Assembly: GCF_006345805.1 (NCBI RefSeq) | Contig: NC_042997.1 | Span: 33,976,001 to 34,040,000 of the forward strand | Direction of reading: 5' to 3' | DNA: 64,000 bases | Origin: Octopus sinensis | Lineage: Eukaryota | In this document: one piece after another, positions 1 to 10,831 of the stretch | Numbering within the stretch: position 1 is the first letter of the stretch | How the letters are laid out: each line of letters opens with the position of its first letter | Notes under the pieces: generated by a model | Seen by the model: the letters and a program-made list of their open reading frames with translations, nothing else | What the model was told of the DNA's origin: nothing | The model's database searches: none | Program-made: the position numbers and the translations under genes

Positions 1-495
1 CAGGGTCATAAGCATTTCACCCACATAACCTGTGCACTTTGCCTGAGTGGGGCATGTGTTGTATTCCCAAGAGCAACCTCACCCAGAGCCTGCCAATTTC
101 AAACCTATTGCTCTCCCTCTCTCTCTCTTTGCTCTCTACATCTCTAAAGACAGTCACAAAAAACTGCTACCTTTTTCTTCCCCCTTGTGTCTTCTCCCTT
201 CTCTCATTGACTCCCAGTTCTCAGTTTCATTTACTTCTATTACAATAACCTCTGAACTAGTAAACTGCATATCTTCCTCCATCTAGGACAACCTGATGCA
301 CCTGCTTCTTCTTTTTCTTCTTCTTCACTTAACCATTCTTACTATTTGCCATTCTTCAGTTCTCACACAAAACACTTTGTCCAATCAATCTTTCCAAAAG
401 CTGCAATTTTAGGATTCTTTCTCCACCCCCATCTCTTTACCACCAAGCATCGATCTACAGATGTTCAAACTGGACATTAATTTTGTCAATCTTAC

Positions 496-560
496 CTGTC
501 TGGGCGGGTCTGTAAAAGTGATCGATGCTTCTCCTCTTCCTCTTCTTCTTCTTCCTCCTC
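496..560 (-). CDS. Candidate internal exon of an unidentified minus-strand gene (EEEEEEEEEEKHRSLLQTRPD, phase 0 to 2)
   Basis: Acceptor tttcttttttaatcatAG and donor CAG|GTAAGA on the minus strand. 65 nt. Poly-Glu uses mixed GAA/GAG codons. No homology recognised. Confidence 0.45.
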
Positions 561-1192
561 CTATGATTAAAAAAGAAATTATATAAAAATAGAAATATCC
601 TTATGAATAAATTTAATGCTACATTTCAATTCTAAATTGATTGAGAAGTTATAATTAACTTGTTTTACTAATTTTTATTCCTAATAAAAATGTTTAGATC
701 AAATTGAAGGATGTTATTAAGCATTCACAACAAAGATATAATTTGTAAACATTAACTTGCCTTGAAGTTAACTTGAAATGAGGTTCAGTTATTTATTAAG
801 AAATGTCTGCATTAGCAAATATATTGCTAATACAATTGTCTATCTACATAATTACATCACCTTATTGGTGGTACTGAGAGTAAATTCTCAGCTGGTTTTC
901 ATACATCAATCTCTTTCTTTTCCTTACTACTCACTTTTTCATTCCTTCTTTTTTGCCCGTATGTATGTGTGTGTGTGCTTGTGTAGAAAGATAAATAGGT
1001 ATATACACTTGCACATATCGATAGGTAAATGTCATTATGAGGTCATTTGACAGTACTGAGAAGCATTGTTCAGTCGTTCCTAGATACCTGACACTGAAAG
1101 GAAAAAGAAGAGATTCACAACAGAGATGATGGGTAGGCTATATCCCAGTGCAACGATGGACATGTATAAAGATAGATTCAATTCTCTTGATA

Positions 1193-1486
1193 TCTTTATG
1201 TATAAAACTGAAGTTGTGTGTGTGTCTGTCTACTCCGATTTAGATTCCTAACTACTCCCACATTTTGCGGTGCAGTTTAACCAAAAGCGGGTATCTTATA
1301 GTTGTGATTCATATTGAGCCCTTCTGGGTTTTAGCACGCGTCTATGATGAGTCTACGATTTAAAAAAAAATTTACCATCATTTTTCCGCATTTTTTGCTC
1401 GGTTTATATAAGGGAAGTAACTCTCTAAAAATGCTTATATAGTTATTTCCCTTACAAACTCGAGCAACGTCGGGCGATACTGCTAG
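1193..1486 (+). mobile_element. Non-autonomous Helitron-like element, subfamily 1
   Basis: A|TC 5' end, GC-rich subterminal hairpin ((c/t)cgagcaacg(c/t)cggg), CTAG|T 3' end, no TSD. Near-identical copies at 26915, 34772, 55568 and 63755. Confidence 0.8.
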
Positions 1487-1707
1487 TACTCAATAATTTG
1501 TGTTCAATCTCATTGTGTGATACCATGGACAGTTGTCTTCTATTATAGTCTCAGGCTGCTCCATGCCTTGTGAGTGGATTTGGTAGATGAAATCTGTACA
1601 GAAGCCTGCCGTGTATCTGTGTGTGTATTATAATGTACGATAAGGTACAAAACAAAAGAGTACTAGTGATACAAATGTTTTATGGTTTTTATTTTAGAGA
1701 CCACAGT

Positions 1708-1890
1708 AGTTAGTTGTTAGTTAGTTAGTTAGTTAGTTAATTTTTTGGCTCAAAAAGCAAAAAGCAAGGACATGTAGGGGGACATGGAGTTATGTACAGG
1801 GTGGTATTCGTGTAAAGAGTTCAGGCCATTTGTGGTCAAGGGAGACTTTGAACCGACTTTGAACAGCTGTTTCGGTTAGTTTTGGTCAAA
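1708..1890 (-). mobile_element. CR1/L2-type LINE 3' end with (TAAC)n tail
   Basis: Reverse complement matches 45925-46050, whose upstream part encodes an RT C-terminal motif. Confidence 0.7.
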
Positions 1891-2146
1891 TGTGATGTAT
1901 AAAAGGGTAGATTATAGGAATAATGTATATGGATTGTGATGCTGTGTTGTAGTGCGGTGTGGGCACTGAATGCAGAGAATGAGTGAAGATTGGAAGAAAG
2001 AAGGAAAGCCGAACCACTGGATGTGTGAAGTTGCTGTACATGAATGATAAGAATGATAAGGCATAACTGAGCTGAGAGAAAAAACTATAAGAGGAATCAG
2101 TTGTAATGTGCAAGAGTGATGGTCATGCTTGTATGGACATGTAATG

Positions 2147-2379
2147 TATTTCTTTACTACCCACAAGGGGCTAAACATAGAGGGGACAAACAAGGACAGA
2201 CGAAGGGATTGAGTCGATTATATCGACCCCAGTGCGACACTGGTACTTTATTTATCGACCCCGAAAGGATGAAAGGCAAAGTTGACCTCGGCGGAATTTG
2301 AACTCAGAACGTAACGACAGACGAAATACCGCTAAGCACTTCGCCCGGCGCGCTAACATGTCTGCCAGCTCGCCGCCTT
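2147..2379 (-). mobile_element. tRNA-derived SINE family A
   Basis: Head aaggcggcgagctggcag, B box GAGTTCAAATTCC, core gaggtcaactttgcctttcatcctttcggggtcgataa, tail gccccttgtgggtagtaaagaaata. Many copies in the window. Confidence 0.85.
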
Positions 2380-2394
2380 ATAGATAGGTGACAA

Positions 2395-2530
2395 AGTGCC
2401 AGGAGATTCATGTGGAAGAATACTTTGAAAGAGGAAGACCAAGGATGACCTGAGCAGAAGTGGCAAAGGTTGATCTTGAACTTCACCAAAGAGACGACAA
2501 ATGAAGAATCCAGTGATGGGGCACTGTGTA
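2395..2530 (+). mobile_element. Degraded RTE LINE ORF2 C-terminal fragment
   Basis: Translates as ERGRPRMT*AEVAKVDL, resembling the RTE GRPRKTW motif. Confidence 0.45.
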
Positions 2531-2604
2531 AGAAAAGATTCATCTAGCAGGGAAAAAATGGATGTAAAAATCATCATGATGATGCACATACACATATATA
2601 GGCA

Positions 2605-2804
2605 TACATACTCTTTTACTCTTTTACTTGTTTCAGTCATTTGACTGTGGCCATGCTGGAGCACCGCCTTTAGTCGATCAAATCGATCCCGGGTCTTAAT
2701 CTTTGTAAGCCCAGTACTTATTCTATCAGTCTCTTTTGCCGAACCGCTAAGTGACGGGGATGTAAACACACCAGCATCGGTTGTCAAGCAACACAGACAC
2801 ACAA

Positions 2805-2815
<11 letters not shown>
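2605..2815 (-). mobile_element. SINE family B, 3' half (5' half at 4487-4650)
   Basis: Matches the tail of intact family B copies such as 12706-13140. Split at its internal (TA)n tract by a ~1.5-kb insertion. Confidence 0.8.
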
Positions 2816-2836
<21 letters not shown>

Positions 2837-4372
2837 CATCATCATCATCATCATCATCGTTTAACGTCCGCTTTCCATGCTAGCATGGGTTGGACGGTTC
2901 AACTGGGGTTCTGGGGAGCCCGAAAGCTGCACCAGTCCAGTCAGATCTGGCAGTGTTTTCTACAGCTGGATGCCCTTCCTAACGCCAACCACTCCGAGAG
3001 TGTAGTGGGTGATTTTATGTGCCACCGACACAGGTGCCAGACGAGGCTGACAAACGGCCACGCTCGGATGGTGTTTTTTATGTGCCACCGACACGGGTGC
3101 CAGACGAGGCTGGCAGACGGCCACGCTGGATGGTGTTTTTTATGTGCCACCGACACAGGTGCCAGACGAGGCTGGCAGACGGCCACGCTCGGATGGTGTT
3201 TTTATGTGCCACCGACACAGGTGCCAGACGAGGCTGGCAGACGGCCACGCTCGGATGGTGTTTTTATGTGCCACCGACACAGGTGCCAGATGAGGCTGGC
3301 AAACGGCCACGATCGGATGGTGCTTGTTACGTGCCCACAGCACGGAGGCCAGTCGATGCGGTGCGGGGGGTACTGGCTCGGCCACGTTCGGATGGTTTTT
3401 CTTATGTGCCACGTGCAACCGGCACTGCCACAAAGATACAAATTCCATTGATGTTCATCTATTTTGATTTGTTTTGATTTGATTTTCACTTGCTCAAACA
3501 GGTCTTCACAAGTGTCACAAGAAGGAAGTATGCACAGGTGGACTGACTACGTCCCAGGTAGGGGCCATGGTTATGGCCTGACTAGTCTTGCCGGGTCTTC
3601 GGATGGTGTTTTTATGTGCCACCGCACAGGTGCTAGATGAGGCTGGCGAACCGGCACGATCGTGGATGGTTGTGTCATGTGCCCACCGCACTGACTACGG
3701 CACTGATGGATTTCTTGTGTGCCACGGCACTGGTACCACAAGATACAAATTCCATTGATGTTCATCTATTTTGTCTATTTTGATTTGATTTTCACTTGCC
3801 TCAACCGGTCTTCACAAGTGTCACAAGAAGGAAGGAAGGTATGCACAGGTGGACTGACTAGTCTTGGCCGGGTCTTCGGAAGGTTTTTTATGTGCCACCG
3901 ACACAGGTGCCAGATGAGGCTGGCGAACGGCCATGATCGGATGGTGTTTGTTACGTGCCCACAGCACGGAGGCCGGTCGATGCGGAAATGGCTACGGCCA
4001 CGTTCGGATGGTTCTCATGTGTGCCACCGGCACTGGTACCACAAGATACAGATTCCATTGATGTTCATGTATTTTGATTTGTTTTGATTGATTTTCACTT
4101 GCCTCAACAGGTCTTCACAAGTGTCACAAGAAGGAAGGTATGCACAGGGGGACTGACTACGTCCCGGTAGGGGCCATGGGTTATGGCCTGACTAGTCTTG
4201 CCGGGTCTTCGGATGGTGTTTTTATGTGCCACCGACACAGGTGCTAGATGAGGCTGGCGAACGGCCACGATCGGATGGTGTTTTCATGTGCCCACAGAAC
4301 GGAGGCCAGTCGATGCGGTACTGGCTACGGCCACACTTCGGATGGTTTTCTCTTGTGTGCCACAAAGATACA
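2837..4372 (-). mobile_element. RTE-tail-bearing element with internal ~62-bp tandem repeats and ~280-345-bp higher-order units
   Basis: Minus strand ends ...ccaacccatgctagcatggaaagcggacgttaaacGATGATGAT. Contains ggttggcgttaggaagggcatccagc, related to the RTE 3' UTR at 16130-16190. Repeat unit atgtgccaccgacacaggtgccagacgaggctggcagacggccacgctcggatggtgttttt. Confidence 0.7.
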
Positions 4373-4486
4373 AACATATATATATATATATTACATACTA
4401 TATATATATATAATATAATATATATATATATATCATATATATACTATATATATACATATACATATATATATATATATATATACATA

Positions 4487-4650
4487 TTACGACAGGCTTC
4501 TTCAGTTCTGTCTACCAAATCCACTCACAAGGCATTGGTCGGCCCGGGGCTATAGCAGAAGACACTTGCCCAAGATGCCACGCAGTGGGACTGAACCCGG
4601 AACCATGTGGTTGGTAAGCAAAGTACTTACCACACAGCCACTCCTGCGCC
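4487..4650 (-). mobile_element. SINE family B, 5' half (tRNA head plus CORE-like gcatcttgggcaagtgtctt)
   Basis: A box TGGCTGTGTGGT and B box GGTTCAGTCCC. Matches other family B copies. Confidence 0.8.
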
Positions 4651-4727
4651 TATATACATATACATTCTCTCCCTCTTTTTCTTTCTATCTGTCTATCTAT
4701 CCATGTGTGTGCCTGTTTATGAGTACA

Positions 4728-5109
4728 CTAGCAGTATCGCCCGGCGTTGCTCGGGTTTGTAAGGGAAATAACTATAAAGCATTTTTAGAGAGTTATACCC
4801 AAAAAATAGAAAAAAATGGAAAAAAAATTATGGTAAATTTTTTTGAGAGTTAAAAAGGTCGAGTTGCGTCTCCTAGACAGTCTGTGGTTTGTGTTTCTGA
4901 TTCTCGACCCCATGTCGAATTTATCGATTGTTTTCAGAACTGGGGGAACTTTTCAAAATTTTTGCTGCGTTAGTTTTGAATTATGACATTGGGCTATGTG
5001 TGTGTCGAGTTTCATCAGAATCGGTTGAAAGCCATGGTCAGGGTGAGGGTACAACCTGACAGACACACAGACACACACACAGACAAACTGCCGTTTATAT
5101 AGAGAGAGA
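4728..5109 (-). mobile_element. Non-autonomous Helitron-like element, subfamily 2 (same 3' end, different 5' body)
   Basis: Minus strand A|TCTCTCTCTATATAAACGGCAG at 5109. Same hairpin and CTAG|T end at 4728 as subfamily 1. Confidence 0.75.
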
Positions 5110-5124
5110 TGAATGTTTGCTTAC

Positions 5125-5156
5125 CAGGTCCTGTTGCATGACAGTATTTGAGTATC
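5125..5156 (-). CDS. Candidate 32-nt micro-exon ((G)YSNTVMQQDL, phase 1 to 0)
   Basis: Acceptor atttttcacAG and donor CTG|GTAAGC. Phase-compatible with 8879-8912 and 496-560. Confidence 0.45.
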
Positions 5157-5510
5157 CTGTGAAAAATATGATCCTTTGCCTATTTGTTTTGATGTTTGAA
5201 CATTGACAGAGGAAAAACACCTTTTTTGTAAAAAAAAAAAACACAAAGGCTGGTGATATGAAGGGTATCTCTCGGTAGATTTTCTGTTTCATATAAGCTT
5301 TGTCTAATCCATTCCAGCACGAAAAAGTTAACAGTAAAATGATGATGTATATTGTGCGTGTGATCATCATCATCATCATCATCAAATGATTGGCAGAGAC
5401 AGTAGACTGGCACGGGGGTGTGGGTGTTGGAGAAAAGGTAACTGAGAAGGCCAGATGTAGTATTTGCCTATTTTACTCTCAGCTGGTAGAGAAGTGGTAG
5501 GAGTGATATA

Positions 5511-5738
5511 TATTTCTTTACTACCCACAAGGGGCTAAACACTGAGGGGACAAACAAGGACAGACAAACGGATTAAGTCGATTATATCGACCCCAATGCG
5601 CAACTGGTACTTAATTTATCGACCCCGAAAGGATGAAAGGCAAAGTTGACCTCGGCGGAATTTGAACTCGGAACGTAACGACAGACGAAATACGGCTACG
5701 CATTTCGCCCGGCGTGCTAACGTTTCTGCCAGATCGCC
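5511..5738 (-). mobile_element. SINE family A
   Basis: Near-identical to 2147-2379. Confidence 0.85.
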
Positions 5739-5759
5739 TGGTAGGAGTATATATGCATG

Positions 5760-5793
<34 letters not shown>

Positions 5794-6035
5794 ATGGACT
5801 TCTTTCAATTTCTCTCTCTTAAATCCATTCACAAGGCTATCGTCATTGGCCTGGAGCTAGGTAGAAGACACTTACCTAAGGTGTTATGGCAGTGGGACTG
5901 AACCTGAAACCATACGGTTGGGATGTAAGCTTCTTAACCACACAGCCACACTCAGACACAATCAATAAACATTACATTTGAATATCCGAACCCATGATTT
6001 TACATTTCTTTCTTTTTCTTTTTTGTCTATTTCAG

Positions 6036-6147
6036 ACATTTCGAGGCCAGTGAACCACGTCTGTTGCGAGTCAGTATGAATTCATTTATCGATCATTTAG
6101 TCCTCGTCCAACAAACCATCAACAAGTTCGGGCCGCCGTTAACTTGA
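6036..6147 (+). CDS. LAGE3: Terminal coding exon of the EKC/KEOPS complex subunit LAGE3/PCC1
   Basis: Long polypyrimidine acceptor ending ttCAG at 6035. Translates HFEASEPRLLRVSMNSFIDHLVLVQQTINKFGPPLT*, matching the recalled Pcc1/LAGE3 C-terminus (RLLRIS..NFLDQLSLVVRTMQRFGPP). AATAAA at 6379-6384. Upstream exons not found in the window. Confidence 0.85.
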
Positions 6148-6468
6148 GAGAGACGGAAAGAACAAGCGATGCATTCTCAGAGTAATCTCAGCCATCTTTT
6201 AACGAAGAACTCTGACTGCACTTGGAAGCTACCATCACTGCCGCTAACATAATGACAACTGCTAGACTCATACTGAACACTTACTACTACTACTACTAAT
6301 AATAATAATAATAATTATACTACTACTACTACATCTAACATCATCACTGCTGGCACCACTGCTGTTACTGCTACTATTAATAAAATTTGTGTATTTCTGT
6401 CTGTCTGTCTGTCTGTCCGTCTGTCAAGATAAGTAAAATTATACATACATGCAAACTGTGTGTTCACT

Positions 6469-6501
<33 letters not shown>

Positions 6502-6519
6502 TATACATACATATATACA

Positions 6520-6566
<47 letters not shown>

Positions 6567-6873
6567 GCATGCAATAATGTATCACACACACAGACATATA
6601 TACATAAGTGTATGTATATATATGTATGTTTGTGTGTGTGCGTGTGTGATGAAAGCTAGCATGCCCATCTCTTCTAAATGTCTAATAAACATGTACTCTA
6701 TTGGGTAATTCTTCAATTTAGCGTTACTTTTATATATTAACAAAAACAAACATTAATATCTGTATGTATATTTATATATACATGTGTATATATATATATA
6801 TATAGTGTGTGTGTGTGTGTGTGTGTATATATTATATATATCATCATCATCATCGTTTAACGTTCCGATGATG

Positions 6874-6904
<31 letters not shown>

Positions 6905-6946
6905 TATACACATATATATAAAATATATATATATACCACACACACC

Positions 6947-6979
<33 letters not shown>

Positions 6980-7492
6980 CACACACACACATACATATAT
7001 ATATGTAAGTATATATTATGTGTGTGTATCTTGAGTATAATATATATATATATATATATATACTCAAGATACACCACACATATATATATAGATATATATA
7101 TATATATATATGTATGTATACATGTACATATATATATGTTTTATATTTATGTGTTTGGATTGTGATAACTGTATGTTAGTTTAAATTGGATATTTTATTT
7201 TATGTGGAAGTATACACCAAGATGTGCCACGGATAATTAAAAACCTATTTGAAAAATGTATTTTTCTCTATTGTTATCTCACCAATAAAAGTATTGAGAC
7301 TTGATTAATATCTTTACCCAACATTTCAATTTACAGCCAAACTACTTCCATGTGGCTAAAGGGCAATCTCAGTGCTTGAATAAAATTGTTTGACTACATA
7401 TTTGGTGTTTGGTTGTCACTTACTTAACCCCCAACTCAGATGAATCATTTCTCAGAAGTATTTAATTTTGAATTGATTTTTCTGTTTTACTT

Positions 7493-8416
7493 AAAATGAG
7501 TTTTTTTTTTTGACGTATATTTTTGACGTATATTTTGGACGTATATTTTTGACGTATATTTAAAATGAGTTTTTTTTTGACGTATATTTTTGACGATATT
7601 TTTGAGTATATTTTAAAATGAGTTTTTTTTTTTTTTTTTTTTGTTTGACGTATATTTAAATGAGTTTTTTTTTTGACGTATATTTTTGACGTATATTTTT
7701 GACGTATATTTAAAATGAGTTTTTTTTTTTTTGACGTATATTTTTGAACGTATATTAAAATGAGTTTTTTTTTTGACGTATATTTTTGACGTATATTTTT
7801 GACGTATATTTAAATGAGTTTTTTTTTTTGACGTATATTTTTGACGTATATTTAAAATGAGTTTTTTTTTTTGACGTATATTTTTGACGTATATTTTTGA
7901 CGTATATTTAAAATGAGTTTTTTTTTGACGTATATTTTTGACGTATATTTAAAATGAGTTTTTTTTTTGACGTATATTTTTGACGTATATTTTTGACGTA
8001 TATTTAAAATGAGTTTTTTTTTTTGACGTATATTTTTGACGTATATTTAAAATGAGTTTTTTTTTTTGACGTATATTTTTGACGTATATTTTTGACGTAT
8101 ATTTAAAATGAGTTTTTTTTTTACGTATATTTTTGACGTATATTTAAAATGAGTTTTTTTTTTTGACGTATATTTTTGACGTATATTTTTGACGTATATT
8201 TAAAATGAGTTTTTTTTTTTGACGTATATTTTTGACGTATATTTTTGACGTATATTTAAATGAGTTTTTTTTTGACGTATATTTTTGACGTATATTTTTG
8301 ACGTATATTTAAAATGAGTTTTTTTTTTTGACGTATATTTTTGACGTATATTTAAAATGAGGTTTTTTTTTTGACGTATATTTTTGACGTATATTTTTGA
8401 CATATATTTAAAATGA
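7493..8416. repeat. Hierarchical minisatellite: 14-bp monomer TTTTTGACGTATAT in blocks separated by TAAAATGAG-poly(T)
   Basis: About 18 blocks and about 47 monomers by manual count. Mostly alternating 3/2 monomers per block. Confidence 0.95.
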
Positions 8417-8878
8417 TTTTTTGTTTGTTTATTACTGCAGAAAATTTTCTCAGTGGTAATATTTTATGATTTTTTAAATAAATATATGTATTTGCAATAG
8501 AAACCCATTTTGTTTTTTCCTCATGCACACTCATTTTATGATTATAAGAAAGCAGTAAAAAAAGAGTAAAAAAATCAAGAGAGGATAAACAGACTTTATT
8601 TGCAAAGAAACTGGCATAATTTATTTAGTATCATAATTTTGGAAACATGGTGTTACATAGAAGAATATTACAGATGGGTACGTATATTGTGATTTGTAAT
8701 GAAATATTTTCCCACTTCTGTCTCATTTCGTTGCATTAATTTCATATTGCCTTGTTGGTATTTCTTCTTAGCAGGAAGAATATCCACTGGAAAATGTCCA
8801 GATGAAAACATGGACTAGGATTAGACGCTGAGGGCCTTCCAGCTTTTGGATGTGGAATAAATACAGCTGTATGCTTAC

Positions 8879-8912
8879 CCTGTTTGATGTAGTAGATTTG
8901 TATTGACGCCAT
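8879..8912 (-). CDS. Candidate first coding exon (MASIQIYYIKQ + G) of the minus-strand gene
   Basis: AAG-ATG-GCG start context and donor AGG|GTAAGC. Lies just downstream (minus sense) of NRF1/ETS-like motifs. Confidence 0.4.
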
Positions 8913-8989
8913 CTTTGAAATTTCCAGCACGCATGCGCAGGGTTGGAATCTTCCGGAAGGTCTGCCGGAAGTTCCCTCATGCGCATGCA
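8907..8989. promoter_or_regulatory. Housekeeping-type motif cluster: YY1-like CGCCATCTT, NRF1-like (C/T)GCGCATGC x2, ETS-like CCGGAAG x2
   Basis: Motifs seen at 8907, 8929, 8951, 8965 and 8980 in a locally CpG-rich patch. Confidence 0.55.
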
Positions 8990-9318
8990 CAGAAAACTAG
9001 CAGTGGCGAAATTCTCTTGGACACTAGCAGCTGAACGATACAGATGTGTCTCCAGCAGCTCTCTCGAGCTGCTACCTCGTGGCGCATCTCCGCTATGCTT
9101 GAACGGACAGGATTGACTCACTCCACTTGACTACTGCCGATAAGCTCCTAGGTTGCCGATTCGCCCAGAGGAAGGAAATGTTTATATTGTGTATCAAGGA
9201 ATAAATATTTATACTGTTGAAGTTTACGGAAAATCTTGACTCTTTCTTCAATTAATATTTAATGTAAAAGATGCGAGCAGCACCCATCTAGTGCGGGAAT
9301 CTCTCATCCTGTTACAAT

Positions 9319-9355
9319 TGGTGACGCCGACGTGATTTGAACACGCAGCCTTCTG
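9319..9355 (+). other. Primer-binding site or antisense copy of the tRNA-Trp 3' end including CCA (37 nt)
   Basis: TGGTGACGCCGACGTGATTTGAACACGCAGCCTTCTG is the reverse complement of the recalled metazoan tRNA-Trp 3' part with about 1 mismatch. Confidence 0.85.
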
Positions 9356-9519
9356 TCTCTAATGAAAACTCTTCTAAAAGACATGAATCTCGCTAACACC
9401 CATTAATGACTCACGTATTGATATCCCGCATGCCAGGATATTATTTGTTCTTTTAGCGACTCAACTTAGGTTTAAAAAAAACAAACTAAAACAAAACAAA
9501 GGTGAATTGTTCGATGTTC

Positions 9520-10630
9520 ATGTAGGGGAGTAAGACGGATGCATGGTTATAGGTGTATATATTCTGGATTCTTTGCTTCAGAAAATCCTAAATTCAAGTG
9601 CAGGTTTATACAGGGATGGTGGCCTTATTACTAATAATATTAACATGTATGAGCTAGAGGGACTCGAGAAGGATCTTAAGTTATTTGAGTGTACGAATCT
9701 AAAAAAAATCACAGCTAATATAAACCTTGGTAGAGTCAGTGTTAGGTGATATTTTAGATTTAGAAACCAACAGTTTTAATCTTTACTGTAAGCTTAACGA
9801 AAGGTTTGTCTATATCAGTAACAATTCCAATCACTCACCTAATATCCTTAACATAGTTCGTAGCATATCTAAACGGATCTTTTTGTTGTCAGTGGATGAG
9901 GTGGCTTTCAACACTGTCACTTTATTAATGTACAGGACAGATTCGTTATGTGAACATTGAAAATAATCTTAGAACTCGGACTGAAAAGGTCTAATGGTTC
10001 CATGCAGCATTCAATATGAATGTTTGACTACTGAAGCTAGAGAATTCTTAAATTTAGTGGTTAAGCATTTCCCTCAAGGCATTAGTATTATAAGATATTA
10101 AACAGAAGCACCCTGTCAACTATTCCTGTTGGTAAGCCATTATAATGTGAAAAGACACCCAAAGCCAATGAAAATAAGAAAATGCTAAATGTACTTGTAT
10201 AGACTCCAGCAGCTTCTTCTGCAATGACAATTGTTTGACCAAAGGAATAGTGTACAAATCCAAAGTCCAATTCGATGACAGCCCCACACCTAATATTTAC
10301 ACTAGTGCAATAGCAAACAGCTTCAAGAGAAGATTTTTACCTGCACAAAATTTTCACTTAAATATCATCAGTGGGTGTTTTCAATTACATCTCTTTTCAA
10401 AATCTATTGATTAATTTTAGAACGCGCAAGCCCATACACACATGGATCTTGACTCCCTTATTTTTAGATGATTTCCATTATGTTTAAGAGAAATATTTTA
10501 TCCTGTTTCAGGATAAATTGGCTTTAAATTGAAAATCTGAATTATCGAACTGCTGCAAATTTTTTTTGAAAACTTTTGGTTTCGAGACCTCTTCTTCTGA
10601 ACGGATGATGTACAAAGTCATTTCACTTTA
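9520..10630 (+). mobile_element. Degraded Penelope-like element (RT C-half plus GIY-YIG endonuclease)
   Basis: Motifs across frameshifts: GLYRDGGL (GLYRDDG), YISNNSNHSPNIL, WFH..FNMNV..AREFLNLVVKHFP, CTC...NCLTKGIVYKSKV, ILERASPY. Confidence 0.8.
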
Positions 10631-10635
10631 CCACA

Positions 10636-10825
<190 letters not shown>

Positions 10826-10831
10826 AATTGG

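Larger units (their letters stand above)
8695..9316 (+). mobile_element. Probable Gypsy-type LTR (5' boundary uncertain: TGTAA at 8695 or TGTAG at 8888)
   Basis: Ends TGTTACA at 9316, followed after 2 nt by a tRNA-Trp PBS. AATAAA at 9200. No gag-pol follows. Confidence 0.55.

Noticed and set aside
445-530. 11-bp inverted repeat (aagcatcgatc) spanning the candidate splice donor
   Set aside because: Too short to distinguish from chance.
2885-4087. Long ORFs on both strands and a CRISPR-like look of the ~62-bp repeats
   Set aside because: Repeats are contiguous with no unique spacers, there are no cas genes and the context is eukaryotic. ORFs are by-products of a GC-rich stop-poor monomer.
4566-4853. 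Recurring peptide MPKMPRSGTEPGTMWLVSK in many ORFs
   Set aside because: Antisense reading of the SINE B head, not a gene family.
10088-10270. Hydrophobic minus-strand ORF resembling a membrane protein
   Set aside because: Antisense to the Penelope-like GIY-YIG region.
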